Shown here in pieces: positions 24,430 through 35,693 of a stretch of DNA of 64,000 bases. The position numbers and the translations under genes are program-made. The stretch covers positions 62,001 through 126,000 of the forward strand of contig QPMI01000503.1 in the NCBI GenBank assembly GCA_004431415.1, in the 5' to 3' direction. Source of the DNA: Cyanophora paradoxa CCMP329. Lineage: Eukaryota; Plantae; Glaucophyta. The first letter of the stretch is position 1, and every line of letters starts with the position of its first letter. Below the pieces are notes generated by a model, which saw only the letters and a program-made list of their open reading frames with translations, had not been told where the DNA came from and searched no databases.

Positions 24430-27400
24430 ATGGGTCCGTAGCGTTCGAAGTCCTGCAACGCCCCTCGTGACCGCACTTAAGCGCTTAATTCGCAGGCGAC
24501 GATGAGGCGAGAGCTGCCGATGTGCAGGAGATCGCCGACGGCTTTGCCTTGGCCGTGTGCGGTATCCTTGCTGCGGAGAGCGTCCAGGCGAGCCACGGAG
24601 ACAGCGCCGCCGACGGAGTAGCAGAGATCGTCGAGCGTGGGTATGATGGATTGATGCACACTCGCTCTGTACCGTGCTGACATTCACGCGGCGGACAGGC
24701 TCGAGGCGGCCAGCCGGCTCTTCTCAGGTGCGCTTGCTTCCTCTGCATGCAATCCGCGCATTGCACATTCGTAGCTAATATGATCTGCAGTGCTGACCGG
24801 CAGGGCCTTCGACCACGCGTTCGCGCTGGTGTCCGCTGTGCACGGCCTGGTCGAAGCGGAGAAGGTGTCCCTCAGCCGGAAGCAGTTTCAGTACCTCACA
24901 TCGATCATATCTTCGTTGTCGACTGTGCCGGACAACGAAGCGCGCCTGTTCAAACTGCTATGCTGGCGCATTTGCTCGGCCGGCGCGGCCAAGACGAAAG
25001 GTGCGGCCCGCACGAGCACAATACATCTTTCGCTGAGACGCCGTGAAGGTGCAAATTACAGCGGCATCTCCGAGGCGGTCGAGAAGGCGCTACGGAGCAC
25101 ACAAAATGCAGAGCTGAGGAGGAACATAGCGGATATCAAGAAGGAGCTCAGCGGTGCTCCGGCGCAGGGCAAGAAGTGCCAAGCGTTGTTCGACCTGCAG
25201 CACATGCGCGCGCAAGCTGCGAAGGCGGTTGGAAACTGGAGCTTCTCACAGGGGGCCTACCAGAAGGCGCGTGCTGCGGCGTCGCGCCTGCGGATCTCGC
25301 TGACACGGAGCAGGCAATCGTGTGCTACGATTTCGCAATCCAACAGTCTCCGGAAGACAAAGGAATCGACTCTGCCATCTTCTGGTCGAACCGCGCGCAG
25401 TGCCACTGGAAGCTGGAGCGCTACCAGCAGGTCATCCTGGATTGCACGGAAGCGATCGCCCGCGCGCCCTTTGCCAAGGCCTACGTGAGCGCTTCCGCAT
25501 GCGATCGCGGGGCGCGCGAGCTGATGCGCACCCCCGAACGAAGGCACGGCGTTCCAAGGCCCACGAGCAGCTGGGCGACCTCCTCGCTGCCTTGCGAGGT
25601 GCGCGGGGCGCCGGGCTACTCTGTCGCTCCGCGCCCGAGCGCCGCGCAGACGCACAGCAGTACATGAGGCTGGTCCCCGAGGACCGGGACGAGGCCGGGC
25701 GCGTTGCGGCCCTGCAGGCCACGGTCACGAAGCTGGGGCTCAGGCCCCCGTCGCCCTCCCCGGAGCCCGCCGCCCCGCCTCCGCCATCGGCCCCGCCCGA
25801 CGAGGAGAAGAAGAAAGGGGCGGCGAACGGCCCCGCAGAGAAGAAGGGGCAACAGCCGAAGGCGAAGGAGGAGGCGGCGACGGCCTCCTCCAAACGAGCG
25901 AAAAGGAAAGAGACGGGGACGAAGCAAAACGGGGCGGCCCCCGCGGCGCCGCCCCCGCCCCCGCCCCCGCCCCCGCCAGGTGCCGCGCCGCCCCATCCGC
26001 ACCTCGCCGCCGCCGGGCCCAACGCGCCGCAGCGCCCGAAGAGAAGGGGGTGCTGGTGAAGTGCGAGACGCCGGAGGGCCCGATGGAGATCCGGGTCCCG
26101 GAGGGCCTCTCATTCTCGGAGTTCAGACGGACCCTCATCACGTACCTGCAGGAGAAAGGCGTGTCGGGCCGCCAGCTGCGCTTCCTCCAGCTCCCGGAGA
26201 GGGGCCCCCTGCAGAACGAGGAGCAGCTGAAGCAGTTCCTCTCCCGCCGCGTCCCCTCGCTCGCCGTCGGTCCGGCCCGCCCCTGCGCCACGCGCCCCCG
26301 CCGCTTCCGATCCCGTGCGCCCTGCAGACACCTCTTCTGCATCGGTCGCCTCGTCTGCGCCGCCCGCGCGAGAGAAGAAGCATGAGGAGGCACCGAAACC
26401 AGCGCCGCCGGCCCCGGCTCCGCAGGCGAAGCTGCGCGCCGCGGCCAGCGGAAGGCCCGAGAGGGCGGCGGGGGCGTCGGTAAACGGCAGGTCCCGCGGA
26501 GGCGACGAGGCGCCTAGCGAGGCCCCGCGGGTCGCCTCCGCTGCCGCCGCCTCCGCCGCTGCCCCGCCCGCGTCAGAGGCTGGTGCGCGCCGCGCGCAGC
26601 GCCCCGCGCCGCGCCGCCCGGGCCGGTCCGAGGACGGCCGCCGCAGGCCGCTTCGAGCCGCTGCTGGAGGCGCTAGAGGAGGCACGGGGGCGGACGGGAG
26701 CCCCCGAAGTCGAGCTGGCGGTCCTGGCCCCGCTCCTCCGGTCGCGCCTGCCCAAGGCGCAGGGCGGCCGCCTCGCGGAATACGTCCAGTCGGCCGCCGA
26801 CGCCGGCGCCGTGGGGATCCGGCGGGACGGCGGCCTCCTTTTCGTGCGGCTGCCGGGCCTCCCCCGGGGCGGCCCGAGCACCGGCGTCGTCGAGGCCGTG
26901 AGCGACCCTTTCGGCTTCATCCGGCCCAGCGGGCCGCCCGCCGCCGGCGACCTCATCCCCTTCCACCGCCTCCACGTCGCCGTGCGCCCCGCCCCGCCCC
27001 GCCCCGCCCCCCGCCCCGCCTCTCGCTCGCCCTTGTTCATTTTTCGCTCAGGAGAGCTCCCCAGTGCCCTCCGTGGGCGACGCCGTCGAGTTCGTTGCCG
27101 TGTACGACCCGCAGACGAATCATGTGACGGCCTCGCATGTCCGCTGCATGGCGGGGGCCGGTTTCGCCCCCGCCGCCGGCGAAACCTCCTCCCCGCCGCC
27201 CGCCGCCCGCGACGGCGGCTGGCACACCGTCGGCGCGAGGGCCGTCCGTCCCGCCCCCGCGCCCAACGCCCCCCCTGCCCCCCTCGCCCACGGGGGCCCC
27301 AAGCCCTCCGTCACGCCTCTCTCCACCCCGCAGCGCCCCGGCCCCGCCGGCCCCATCCTCTCCCCGACCTCCAGCGCCACCCCCGGCCGCGCCCCGCCTT

Positions 27401-30259
27401 CCCCGAACCTCGGACCCCGTACCCCCGGCTCGGCGAGGCCCTCCCCGGCCTCGGCCGCCCCCCGGCCTCCCATCCACCCCCCTCCGACCCGGTCGCCCTA
27501 CGCCGTCCAGACCCCCCGCCTGGACCTTCGGGACAGGGATCTTTCCTACCTCCCCAAGGTCCCGCCCCGCGCCCCGACCGCCCCGCCCCGCCCCGGCCCG
27601 CCGCCTTGAGAGCTTCACGCCGCCTCGCAGGAGCTTAAGGACATCGATCTAAAAGGCTGCACGGCGCCTTGGCGCCTCAAGACGAAGATCTGCCGCCGCT
27701 GGATGGACACAGGGTACTGCGAACACGGGAAGGACTGCTGGTTCGCCCACGGCTCCCACGAGCTGCGAGACACCTCAGAGGTGCGCCGGTTTGGATCGGG
27801 TGGGTCGTTTTCGGAATCTTTCTTGGGGCTTGCGGTTTGTGATGAGCAACCTTCACCAACGCTGACGGCGGCGCCGTTAGCGCGTGAACTCCCCTCGGGG
27901 AGGGAACGCGCGCGGCCCGCCCTGAAGTATCAAAACTTCTCTGTATTCTGATCACCCGCTCCTTTGTTTTATTGGTTCTGGTTTCTCCATAGGTCTTCTA
28001 GATGCGCATTATATTCGCATTTTCGCGGTTTGTGTTGAGCAACCTTCACCAACGCTGACGGCGGCGTCGTTAGCGCGTGAACTCCCCTCGGGGAGGGAAC
28101 GCGCGCGGCCCGCCCTGAAGCATCAAAAACTTCTCTGTATTCTGATCATCCGCGTTCCATCGTTCTCTCCCTTTCTATAATTTTCACTTGGCGCTTCTGT
28201 GATGAGCAACCTTCACCAACGCTGACGGCGGCGCCGTTAGCGCGTGAACTCCCCTCGGGGAGGGAACGCGCGCGGCCCGCCCTGAAGCATCAAAAACTTC
28301 TCTATATTTTGATCATCCGCGTTCCATCGTTCTCTCCCTTTCTATAATTTTCACTTGGCGTCTTCTGTGATGAGCAACCTTCACCAACGCTGACGGCGGC
28401 GTCGTTAGCGCGTGAACTTCCCTCGGGGAGGGAACGCGCGCGGCCCGCCCTGAAGCATCAAAACTTCTCTGTATTCTGATCACGCGCCTTATCCTTTCCG
28501 TAGTTTTCTTTCGTTTTCTTTAGCCTGAGCGCGAATGATGCAACTGTTGCATGACTTTCCATGGATGACAAACAACATACACACGAGCTTTTTAAATCTG
28601 AGCGCTCTTCCCCGACCTTGCTTTACTCCCTTTCCTGCCGCTGTCCTTCGGGCGCGCACCGACGATGCGGCGCGCACCGCGCAGGGCTCCGGGAGTGCAT
28701 CCACGACGCCGTCCCGGCCTGGCCCCTCCGGGCACTCCCCCTCGTCCCGGCGCGGCGGCCCACCCTCGCCGCAGCCTGCCCCGCCCGCCCGCCATCCCCC
28801 GCACTCGCCCGCCCCAGCCCCCGCGGCGCCCCTCCCGCCGCCGCCCCCGCCGCCGCCCCCGCCCCCGCCCCCCGCCAAGCCCGTCCTGTCGGCGGAAGAG
28901 ATTCTGAGCCACGTGACGGCCGTGTACGCGGCCGTGGCCGGCGCGGTGTCGCCCACGGACGCCCAGACCAAGGTCTTCTGGCACGTCAAGAAGCTGAACC
29001 TCCCGGGGGACCACCCGCACCTCATCGCCGGCCTCGTCGTCTTCGGGCGGGAGTACCCCGAGCCGCTCGTGGCGGCCGCCTCCCGCGCCGTGGCGGGCCT
29101 CGTCCCGCAGCTCTTCGCCCCCGAGCAGCTCCTCGCCGGGCTCTCCATCGGCGCCGAGGGGGTGCTCGACTTCTACTCGCGCAACGCCGAGGCGGGGCCC
29201 CGCGGCTGGCGGCCCCTCCTCCTCTTCGCCGCCCGCTGCGTCTGCTCCCGCGTCCTCCACCCCTCGGCCCTGCCCCGCATCCTTGCCCCCCTCGCCCCCT
29301 GCGGCCTCGCCGCCCAAGTCGCCGCCACCTTCCTCCGCCTCGCCGCCGAGGAAATCGTGCGCCTCCCCGCACCCCCTCCCTTGCTCTGTGCTGAACCCCG
29401 CCCAAGGGCGAGGACGGGGTGCGGGAGCTGCTCGTGGAGGGCGCCATCGACTTCCGCTCCTTCTTCCCCCCCGTGGCGCGCGACAGCGACGACGTCCTCC
29501 TCGCCTTCCTCGCGGAGGCCGGCCTCCCCTCCCTCTGGAACTCCCTGTCACCCTCCCTCGCCGAGCGCGCCGCCCGGCGGGCCGAGGAGGCGCCCCCTGC
29601 CCCGTCCGCCGCCGTCCGGCCACCGCACCCGCCCCCGCCGGCCGTCGTACCCCCCTCGGACGAGGAGGAGCGGCTGCTGGAGGAGGCCGTTGCGGCGCCT
29701 CTACACGCCGAGTTACTGAGGGGGGTACTCGACGAGGAGGACGTCCTCTCGGGCCCCCTGGCACCTCCCGTGCCAATTGCTGCTGCACCGGTCGTCCAGC
29801 ACACACACCTCAGCCCCGTCCAGCCTTCGATCCCCCCCGGGCCCGCCCCGCCGCCCATGTCCTTCCATCCGCGGGTGCCGCACAGCCCCTCGCCTCCCTG
29901 TGCACTGTGTGCCCTGCTGACGCCCGGGCAGGCGCAGGAGCCGGAGGAGGAGAGCCTGGAGGCGTTCCAGGGGCGGCACTTGCTGTGCCCTATTTGTGGC
30001 GTGGCGTGGCTCAACCGCGACCCCGTCTCCCTCGACTGCGGCCACTGCTTCGTGCGCCGCGACCTCTTTGCACTCTCAATTGCGGCCCTGAATCTGCTCC
30101 CGTTTATGCATTCCCGCTTCGCAGTGCAACCAGTGCCTCCAGAGGGTGATCCTGTACTACACGGAGGAAACCAAGCGGACGGGCGTCGTCCTCTTCCCGG
30201 CGTGCCCAACTTGCGCCCGCCCGTTCCGCCAACCGCGTCGGCTTGCCGGCTGGACGTGA
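24430..30259 (+). CDS. Large multidomain putative RNA-binding E3 ligase: TPR - PB1-like - LOTUS/OST-HTH-like - cold-shock - CCCH zinc finger - MA3/MI-like - RING; snoRNA host gene
   Basis: TPR: AIFWSNRAQCHWKLERYQQVILDCTEAI..KAY. CSD: GVVEAVSDPFGFI..FH..VGDAVEF. CCCH: KTKICRRWMDTGYCEHGKDCWFAHGSHELR. MA3-like: VKKLNLPGDHPHLIAGLV..LFAARCV. RING: CPIC..DCGHCF/CNQC..CPTC; stop TGA at 30259. Confidence 0.8.
27832..27959 (+). ncRNA. Structured box C/D RNA copy 1 with U6 ACAGAGA-box antisense element
   Basis: Box C GTGATGA 27839-27845, box D CTGA 27948-27951, terminal GCGG/CCGC stem, two internal hairpins, guide CTTCTCTGTAT 27936-27946; intronic. Confidence 0.8.
28024..28154 (+). ncRNA. Box C/D RNA copy 2 (box C mutated to GTGTTGA)
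   Basis: Near-identical to copy 1; box D CTGA 28142-28145. Confidence 0.65.
28199..28320 (+). ncRNA. Box C/D RNA copy 3 (degenerate: guide CTTCTCTATAT, box D TTGA)
   Basis: Near-identical body with substitutions in the guide and box D. Confidence 0.55.
28357..28488 (+). ncRNA. Box C/D RNA copy 4 (intact)
   Basis: Box C 28367-28373, box D 28476-28479, its own GGCG/CGCC terminal stem. Confidence 0.8.
28527..28607 (+). ncRNA. SNORD36: Box C/D snoRNA, SNORD36/snR47 homolog guiding 18S rRNA Am (yeast A619 / human A668 equivalent)
   Basis: GAGCGC/GCGCTC terminal stem, box C ATGATG 28535, box D CTGA 28598-28601. Guide ACGAGCTTTTTAA is complementary to conserved 18S UUAAAAAGCUCGU in the same D+5 register as U36/snR47. 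Confidence 0.9.
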
Positions 30260-30507
30260 GATACTAGCTCGAATAACGAGGAAGGCAGGTGACCCACTTC
30301 CCGCGGCTCGGCAAAATGGATGCAGGCTTCGCTGAGCATTCCGTTGCCCAAATGTATGGGATTGCAGATATTAGAGCAGAGAGGGTAGGAGCAGAGAAGA
30401 GATCAGCCGCAGTGTACCAAGATGCTCGGAATGTTGTGAGGGGTGGCAAGAGTGGGTGGGCGAAACGAGCTGAAGAAAGTAAACGAGGCTGCTTAAGCTG
30501 CTGTTGA

Positions 30508-31409
30508 TCAAACACTCAAACGCAGACCCAAATATCTCGCAACAGCACGCCGACGTCGGTCTTTGGTGCCATGGGACGGGTTTGGCTGGTCATAGAACTG
30601 AAGCACCTCTCCCAGTTGCTGGTTCGTGAGAGCCAAGAGATGATCCCGATTGTGGATCTGAATAGGAGAAGGGGTCATCAAAGCCATCTCCCTACACGGT
30701 GACGGAGTGTTAGTCTGCAGCGCCGGCTGTTCGCGGATGCGCACTTATACGCACCCGCGTGCCATTGTCCATCTGCACCGTACGTATACAGCGCATGAGT
30801 GGCCGTTTGAACGCGTACGTGTCGCGTACCGCACGCACCCGGTTTAGGATCTGGTGCTGCTGATGCGAAATCTGCTGCTGCTGCTGCATCATCTGCTGGA
30901 TCTGTAGCTGCATCGGCTGGATCTGCTGGACCTGTTGCAGGATCTGCTGCAGGACCTGATGAATCTGCGGGCAAGAGTCAACGCGCCGCTCGCGTGCCCT
31001 GGCCACTGTGCACGTACGTTGGCGTTGTGTGGAGGCGCCGGGGCTGCGGCTGCTGCTGCGAAGACGCCGCTGGCTGCAGCGAGATGCTGCGACAGCAGGT
31101 TCATGTCGGCGGCGTTCAGAGCCATCAGTTCAAAGAGCAGCGTTGAATTCGAGTGGCGGGATGACACGACAACCGCGCGGGTGCAAGTGTCTAGGGAAGG
31201 GGGGGAGGAGACTGAAATCAATTCGAGTAGCGGGATAACTGTAACCGCAGTGCTAGCGTCTAGGGAAGGGGGAGGGGGGTGGGGGTGGGGGGCGGGGTAA
31301 AGGAGGCTGAAGTCACTGAAAGGAATGTGCGAACCTTGTCTAGCATCTCGTTCTGTCTTGAATAGGGGTTTTCCCTGTCCTGCGCGCCGTGTTTCCGTGT
31401 TTTCGGCAT
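30508..31409 (-). pseudogene. Mug135-like/polyQ gene copy 1, frameshifting deletion in last exon
   Basis: Same exons as the other copies but lacks the TMPVNANGQPC-coding segment near 30665, shifting the frame. Confidence 0.6.
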
Positions 31410-31670
31410 CACCTAGCCGCAGCTAGCCGTTCGGGCCGGGATAGTTCACCGATAAGCCGCAGCACCAAGTAAAACTAGCGCTCTATGCTTGCTAGTGCGC
31501 GTGCTGTCACTGCGCTCTGCTAGGTCGCAATCGAGCAAAGGAAACGAAACCACGCGTACCCCGTAGCAGGAGTCGCTAGTAGTCGCTGCTCAGTCGCAGC
31601 CTCAGAGTCGCAGGCCAGCTAAGCCGAGCACGCCTCGTCCTAGCTCGAGAATCTCACAAAGAGCAGCATT

Positions 31671-32200
31671 ATGGCCAAGAGAAGGGTGCGCGTACGCGTG
31701 CTGCACTCCGATCGATCTCGCCGCGCTCTGGCGCACAGCTACGAGAGCGCTAGCTGAAGACGCCTCGAGCAGAAGACGAGGCTTACGCATGTGACCACGA
31801 CGCCGGAGGAGAACGCCATTACCCAAGTCGTTCGTCTTCTGCAAGGGCGAGGTCGGTCACGCCGTACGCGAGCTGATAGAGGATCTGCGCCTCGTGATGG
31901 AGCCCAATACGGCGCGGAAGCTCAAAGTCAGCGCTTGCCGATTTGCGCGCGCGCCCCCTGTCTGAGCGCTGGCTGCAGGTGCGCAAGACGAACAAGATCA
32001 AGGACTTCGTGCACGTGGCAGGACCGCTAGGTGTTTCGCACTTCCTTGTGCTGACCTGCACCGACGTCGGCACGTACCTGCGAGCCATCAAGGTCCCGCA
32101 CGGGCCGACTGTCACGTTCCGTCTGTGTTCCTACTCGACGACCGCGGATGTGCAGCTGTCCCAATGCAAATGTAGGCGCATTGTATTGCTACACTACGGT
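31671..32200 (+). pseudogene. PPAN: Truncated, frameshifted PPAN/SSF1 copy
   Basis: Matches the 5' exons of 46367-47170, with a small deletion after ENAI and a large internal deletion after DVQ. Confidence 0.85.
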
Positions 32201-32850
32201 TGAAAACTGGAGCTTCAACAAATGGAGATTCTCTAAGGGGGCCCATCGTCGGCGCGAGGGCCGCCCGACCCGCCCCCGCGCCCACCGCCCCCCCCGGCCC
32301 CCCTCGCCCACGGGGGCCCCAAGCCCTCCGTCACGCCTCTCTCCACCCCGCAGCGCCCCGGCCCCGCCGGCCCCATCCTCTCCCCGACCTCCAGCGCCAC
32401 CCCCGGCCGCGCCCCGCCTTCCCCGAACCTCGGACCCCGTACCCCCGGCTCGGCGAGGCCCTCCCCGGCCTCGGCCGCCCCCCGGCCTCCCATCCACCCC
32501 CCTCCGACCCGGTCGCCCTACGCCGTCCAGACCCCCCGCCTGGACCTTCGGGACAGGGATCTTTCCTACCTCCCCAAGGTCCCGCCCCGCGCCCCGACCG
32601 CCCCGCCCCGCCCGGCCCGCCGCCTTGAGAGCTTCACGCCGCCTCGCAGGAGCTTAAGGACATCGATCTAAAAGGCTGCACGGCGCCTTGGCGCCTCAAG
32701 ACGAAGATCTGCCGCCGCTGGATGGACACAGGGTACTGCGAACACGGGAAGGACTGCTGGTTCGCCCACGGCTCCCACGAGCTGCGAGACACCTCAGAGG
32801 TGCGCCGGTTTGGATCGGGTGGGTCGTTTTCGGAATCTTTCTTGGGGCTT

Positions 32851-32979
32851 GCGGTTTGTGATGAGCAACCTTCACCAACGCTGACGGCGGCGTCGTTAGC
32901 GCGTGAACTTCCCTCGGGGAGGGAACGCGCGCGGCCCGCCCTGAAGCATCAAAACTTCTCTGTATTCTGATCACGCGCC
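32851..32979 (+). ncRNA. Box C/D RNA copy 5 (U6-antisense), hybrid of copies 1 and 4
   Basis: Box C 32858-32864, box D 32967-32970; 5' flank of copy 1 and 3' flank of copy 4. Confidence 0.75.
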
Positions 32980-33017
32980 TTATCCTTTCCGTAGTTTTCT
33001 TTCGTTTTCTTTAGCCT

Positions 33018-33098
33018 GAGCGCGAATGATGCAACTGTTGCATGACTTTCCATGGATGACAAACAACATACACACGAGCTTTTTAAATCTGAGCGCTC
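33018..33098 (+). ncRNA. SNORD36: SNORD36/snR47 homolog, second copy
   Basis: Identical to 28527-28607. Confidence 0.88.
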
Positions 33099-34996
33099 TT
33101 CCCCAACCTTGCTTTACTCCCTTTCCTGCCGCTGTCCTTTGGGCGCGCACCGACGATGCGGCGCGCACCGCGCAGGGCTCCGGGAGTGCATCCACGACGC
33201 CGTCCCGGCCTGGCCCCTCCGGGCACTCCCCCTCGTCCCGGCGCGGCGGCCCACCCTCGCCGCAGCCTGCCCCGCCCGCCCGCCATCCCCCGCACTCGCC
33301 CGCCCCAGCCCCCGCGGCGCCCCTCCCGCCGCCGCCCCGCCGCCGCCCCGCCCCGCCCCCCGCCAAGCCCGTCCTGTCGGCGGAAGAGATTCTGAGCCAC
33401 GTGACGGCCGTGTACGCGGCCGTGGCCGGCGCGGTGTCGCCCACGGACGCCCAGACCAAGGTCTTCTGGCACGTCAAGAAGCTGAACCTCCCGGGGGACC
33501 ACCCGCACCTCATCGCCGGCCTCGTCGTCTTCGGGCGGGAGTACCCCGAGCCGCTCGTGGCGGCCGCCTCCCGCGCCGTGGCGGGCCTCGTCCCGCAGCT
33601 CTTCGCCCCCGAGCAGCTCCTCGCCGGGCTCTCCATCGGCGCCGAGGGCGTGCTCGATTTCTACTTGCGCAACGCCGAGGCGGGGCCCCGCGGCTGGCGG
33701 CCCCTCCTCCTCTTCGCCGCCCGCTGCGTCTGCTCCCGCGTCCTCCACCCCTCGGCCCTGCCCCGCATCCTTGCCCCCCTCGCCCCCTGCGGCCTCGCCG
33801 CCCAAGTCGCCGCCACCTTTCTCCGCCTCGCCGCCGAGGAAATCGTGCGAGCCTCCCCGCACCCCCTCCCTTGCTCTGTGCTGAACCTCCAATCAAAGGG
33901 CGAGGACGGGGTGCGGGAGCTGCTCGTGGAGGGCGCCATCGACTTCCGCTCCTTCTTCCCCCCCGTGGCGCGCAACAGCGACGACGTTCTCCTCGCCTTC
34001 CTCGCGGAGGCCGGCCTCCCCTCCCTCTGGAACTCCCTGTCACCCTCCCTCGCCGAGCGCGCCGCCCGGCGGGCCGAGGAGGCGCCCCCTGCCCCGTCCG
34101 CCGCCGTCCGGCCACCGCACCCGCCCCCGCCGGCCGTCGTACCCCCCTCGGACGAGGAGGAGCGGCTGCTGGAGGAGGCCGTTGCGGCGCCTCTACACGC
34201 CGAGTTACTGAGGGGGGTACTTGACGAGGAGGACGTCCTCTCGGGCCCCCTGGCACCCCCCGTCCCCATTGCTGCTGCACCGGTCGTCCAGCACACACAC
34301 CTCAGCCCCGTCCAGCCTTCGATCCCCCCCGGGCCCGCCCCGCCGCCCATGTCCTTCCATCCGCGGGTGCCGCACAGCCCCTCGCCCCCCTGTGCACTGT
34401 GTGCCCCGCTGACGCCCGGGCAGGCGCAGGAGCCGGAGGAGGAGAGCCTGGAGGCGTTCCAGGGGAGGCACCTGCTGTGCCCTATTTGTGGCGTGGCGTG
34501 GCTCAATCGCGACCCCGTCTCCCTCGACTGCGGCCACTGCTTCGTGCGCCGCGACCTCTTTGTACTCTCAAGTGCGGCCCTAGATCTGCTCCCGTTTATG
34601 CCTTCCCGCTTCGCAGTGCAACCAGTGCCTCTAGAGGGTGATCCTGTACTACACAGAGGAAACCAAGCGGACGGGCGTCGTCCTCTTCCCGGCGTGCCCA
34701 ACTTGCGCCCGCCCGTTCCGCCAACCGCGTCGGCTTGCCGGCTGGACGTGAGATACTAGCTCGAATAACGAGGAAGGCAGGTGACCCACTTCCCGCGGCT
34801 CGGCAAAATGGATGCAGGCTTCGCTGAGCATTCCGTTGCCCAAATGTATGGGATTGCAGATATTAGAGCAGAGAGGGTAGGAGCAGAGAAGAGATCAGCT
34901 GCAGTGTACCAAAACGCTCGGAATGTGAGGGTTGGCAAGAGTGGGTGGGCGAAACGAGCTGAAGGAAGTTAACGAGGCTGCTTAAGCTGCTGCTGA

Positions 34997-35693
34997 TCAA
35001 ACACTCAAACGCAGACCCAAATATCTTGCGACAGCACGCCGACGTCGGTCTTTGGTGCCATGGAAAGGGTTTGGCTGGCCATAGAACTGGAGGACCGTTC
35101 CCAGCTGCTGGTTCGTGAGACCCAAGAAGTCGTCCCGATTCTGGATCTGAATAGCACAAGGCTGCCCGTTCGCGTTCACTGGCATGGTGAAAGGGTCATC
35201 AAAGCCATCTCCCTTCACGTCGATGGTGTGTTAGTTCGTGCAGGAAATAGCGCGTATGCGCATGGAATACGAACCCGCGTGCCATTGTCCATCTGCACCG
35301 TTCAGCGCATGAGCGGCCGTTTGAACGCGTACGCGTCGCGCACTGCACGCACCCGGTTTAAGATCTGTTGCTGCTGATGCGATATACGCTGCATCTGCTG
35401 CTGCATCTGCTGCTGCTGCTGCTGCATCTGCTGCTGCATCTGCTGCTGCTGCTGCTGCATCTGCTGCATCTGCTGCTGGATCGGCTGGATGTGCTGCACC
35501 TGTTGCAGGATCTGCTGCAGGACCTGATGAATCTGCGGGCAAGAGTCAACGCGCCGCTCGCGTGCCCTGGCCACTGTGCACGTACGTTGGCGTTGTGTGG
35601 AGGCGCCGGGGCTGCGGCCGCTGCTGCGAAGACGCCGCTGGCCGCAGCGAGATGCTGCGACAGCAGGTTCATGTCGGCGGCGTTCAGAGCCAT
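34997..35693 (-). CDS. PolyQ coiled-coil protein with Mug135-like (DUF1773-type) C-terminal domain, copy 2 (possible upstream start 35952)
   Basis: MALNAADMNLLSQH../IHQVLQQ..polyQ..ILNR/MDNGTR/GDGFDDPFTMPVNANGQP..LTNQQLGTVLQFYGQP..GTKDRRRRAVARYLGL; the L..FYG....G...R......LG pattern. Confidence 0.6.

Larger units (their letters stand above)
32245..34751 (+). pseudogene. 5'-truncated duplicate of the CCCH-MA3-RING half of the host gene
   Basis: Copy of 27228-30259 without upstream exons; reading frames largely intact. Confidence 0.75.

Noticed and set aside
27846-27865. Alternative targets for the orphan C/D RNA (CTTCACCAAC vs 18S GUUGGUGGAG or helix 45; U3/U13/U14 identity)
   Set aside because: Matches are 10 nt or shorter with G-U or mismatch, the adjacent CTGA is buried in a hairpin, and U3/U13/U14 signature elements are absent. 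Kept only as a secondary possibility.
27832-28488. CRISPR-like repeat-spacer array
   Set aside because: Repeats are ~125 nt with C/D boxes, two spacers are duplicates, there are no cas genes, and the context is a eukaryotic intron.
28490-28540. ATCCTTTCCGTAG resembling the SNORD13 5' antisense element
   Set aside because: No second U13 element (CCTTGTTACGAC); the downstream RNA is explained fully as SNORD36.
28535-34759. 394-aa and 577-aa ORFs starting MMQLLHDF
   Set aside because: The ATG is box C of the snoRNA within an intron; true coding resumes after the acceptor near 28684 / 33175.
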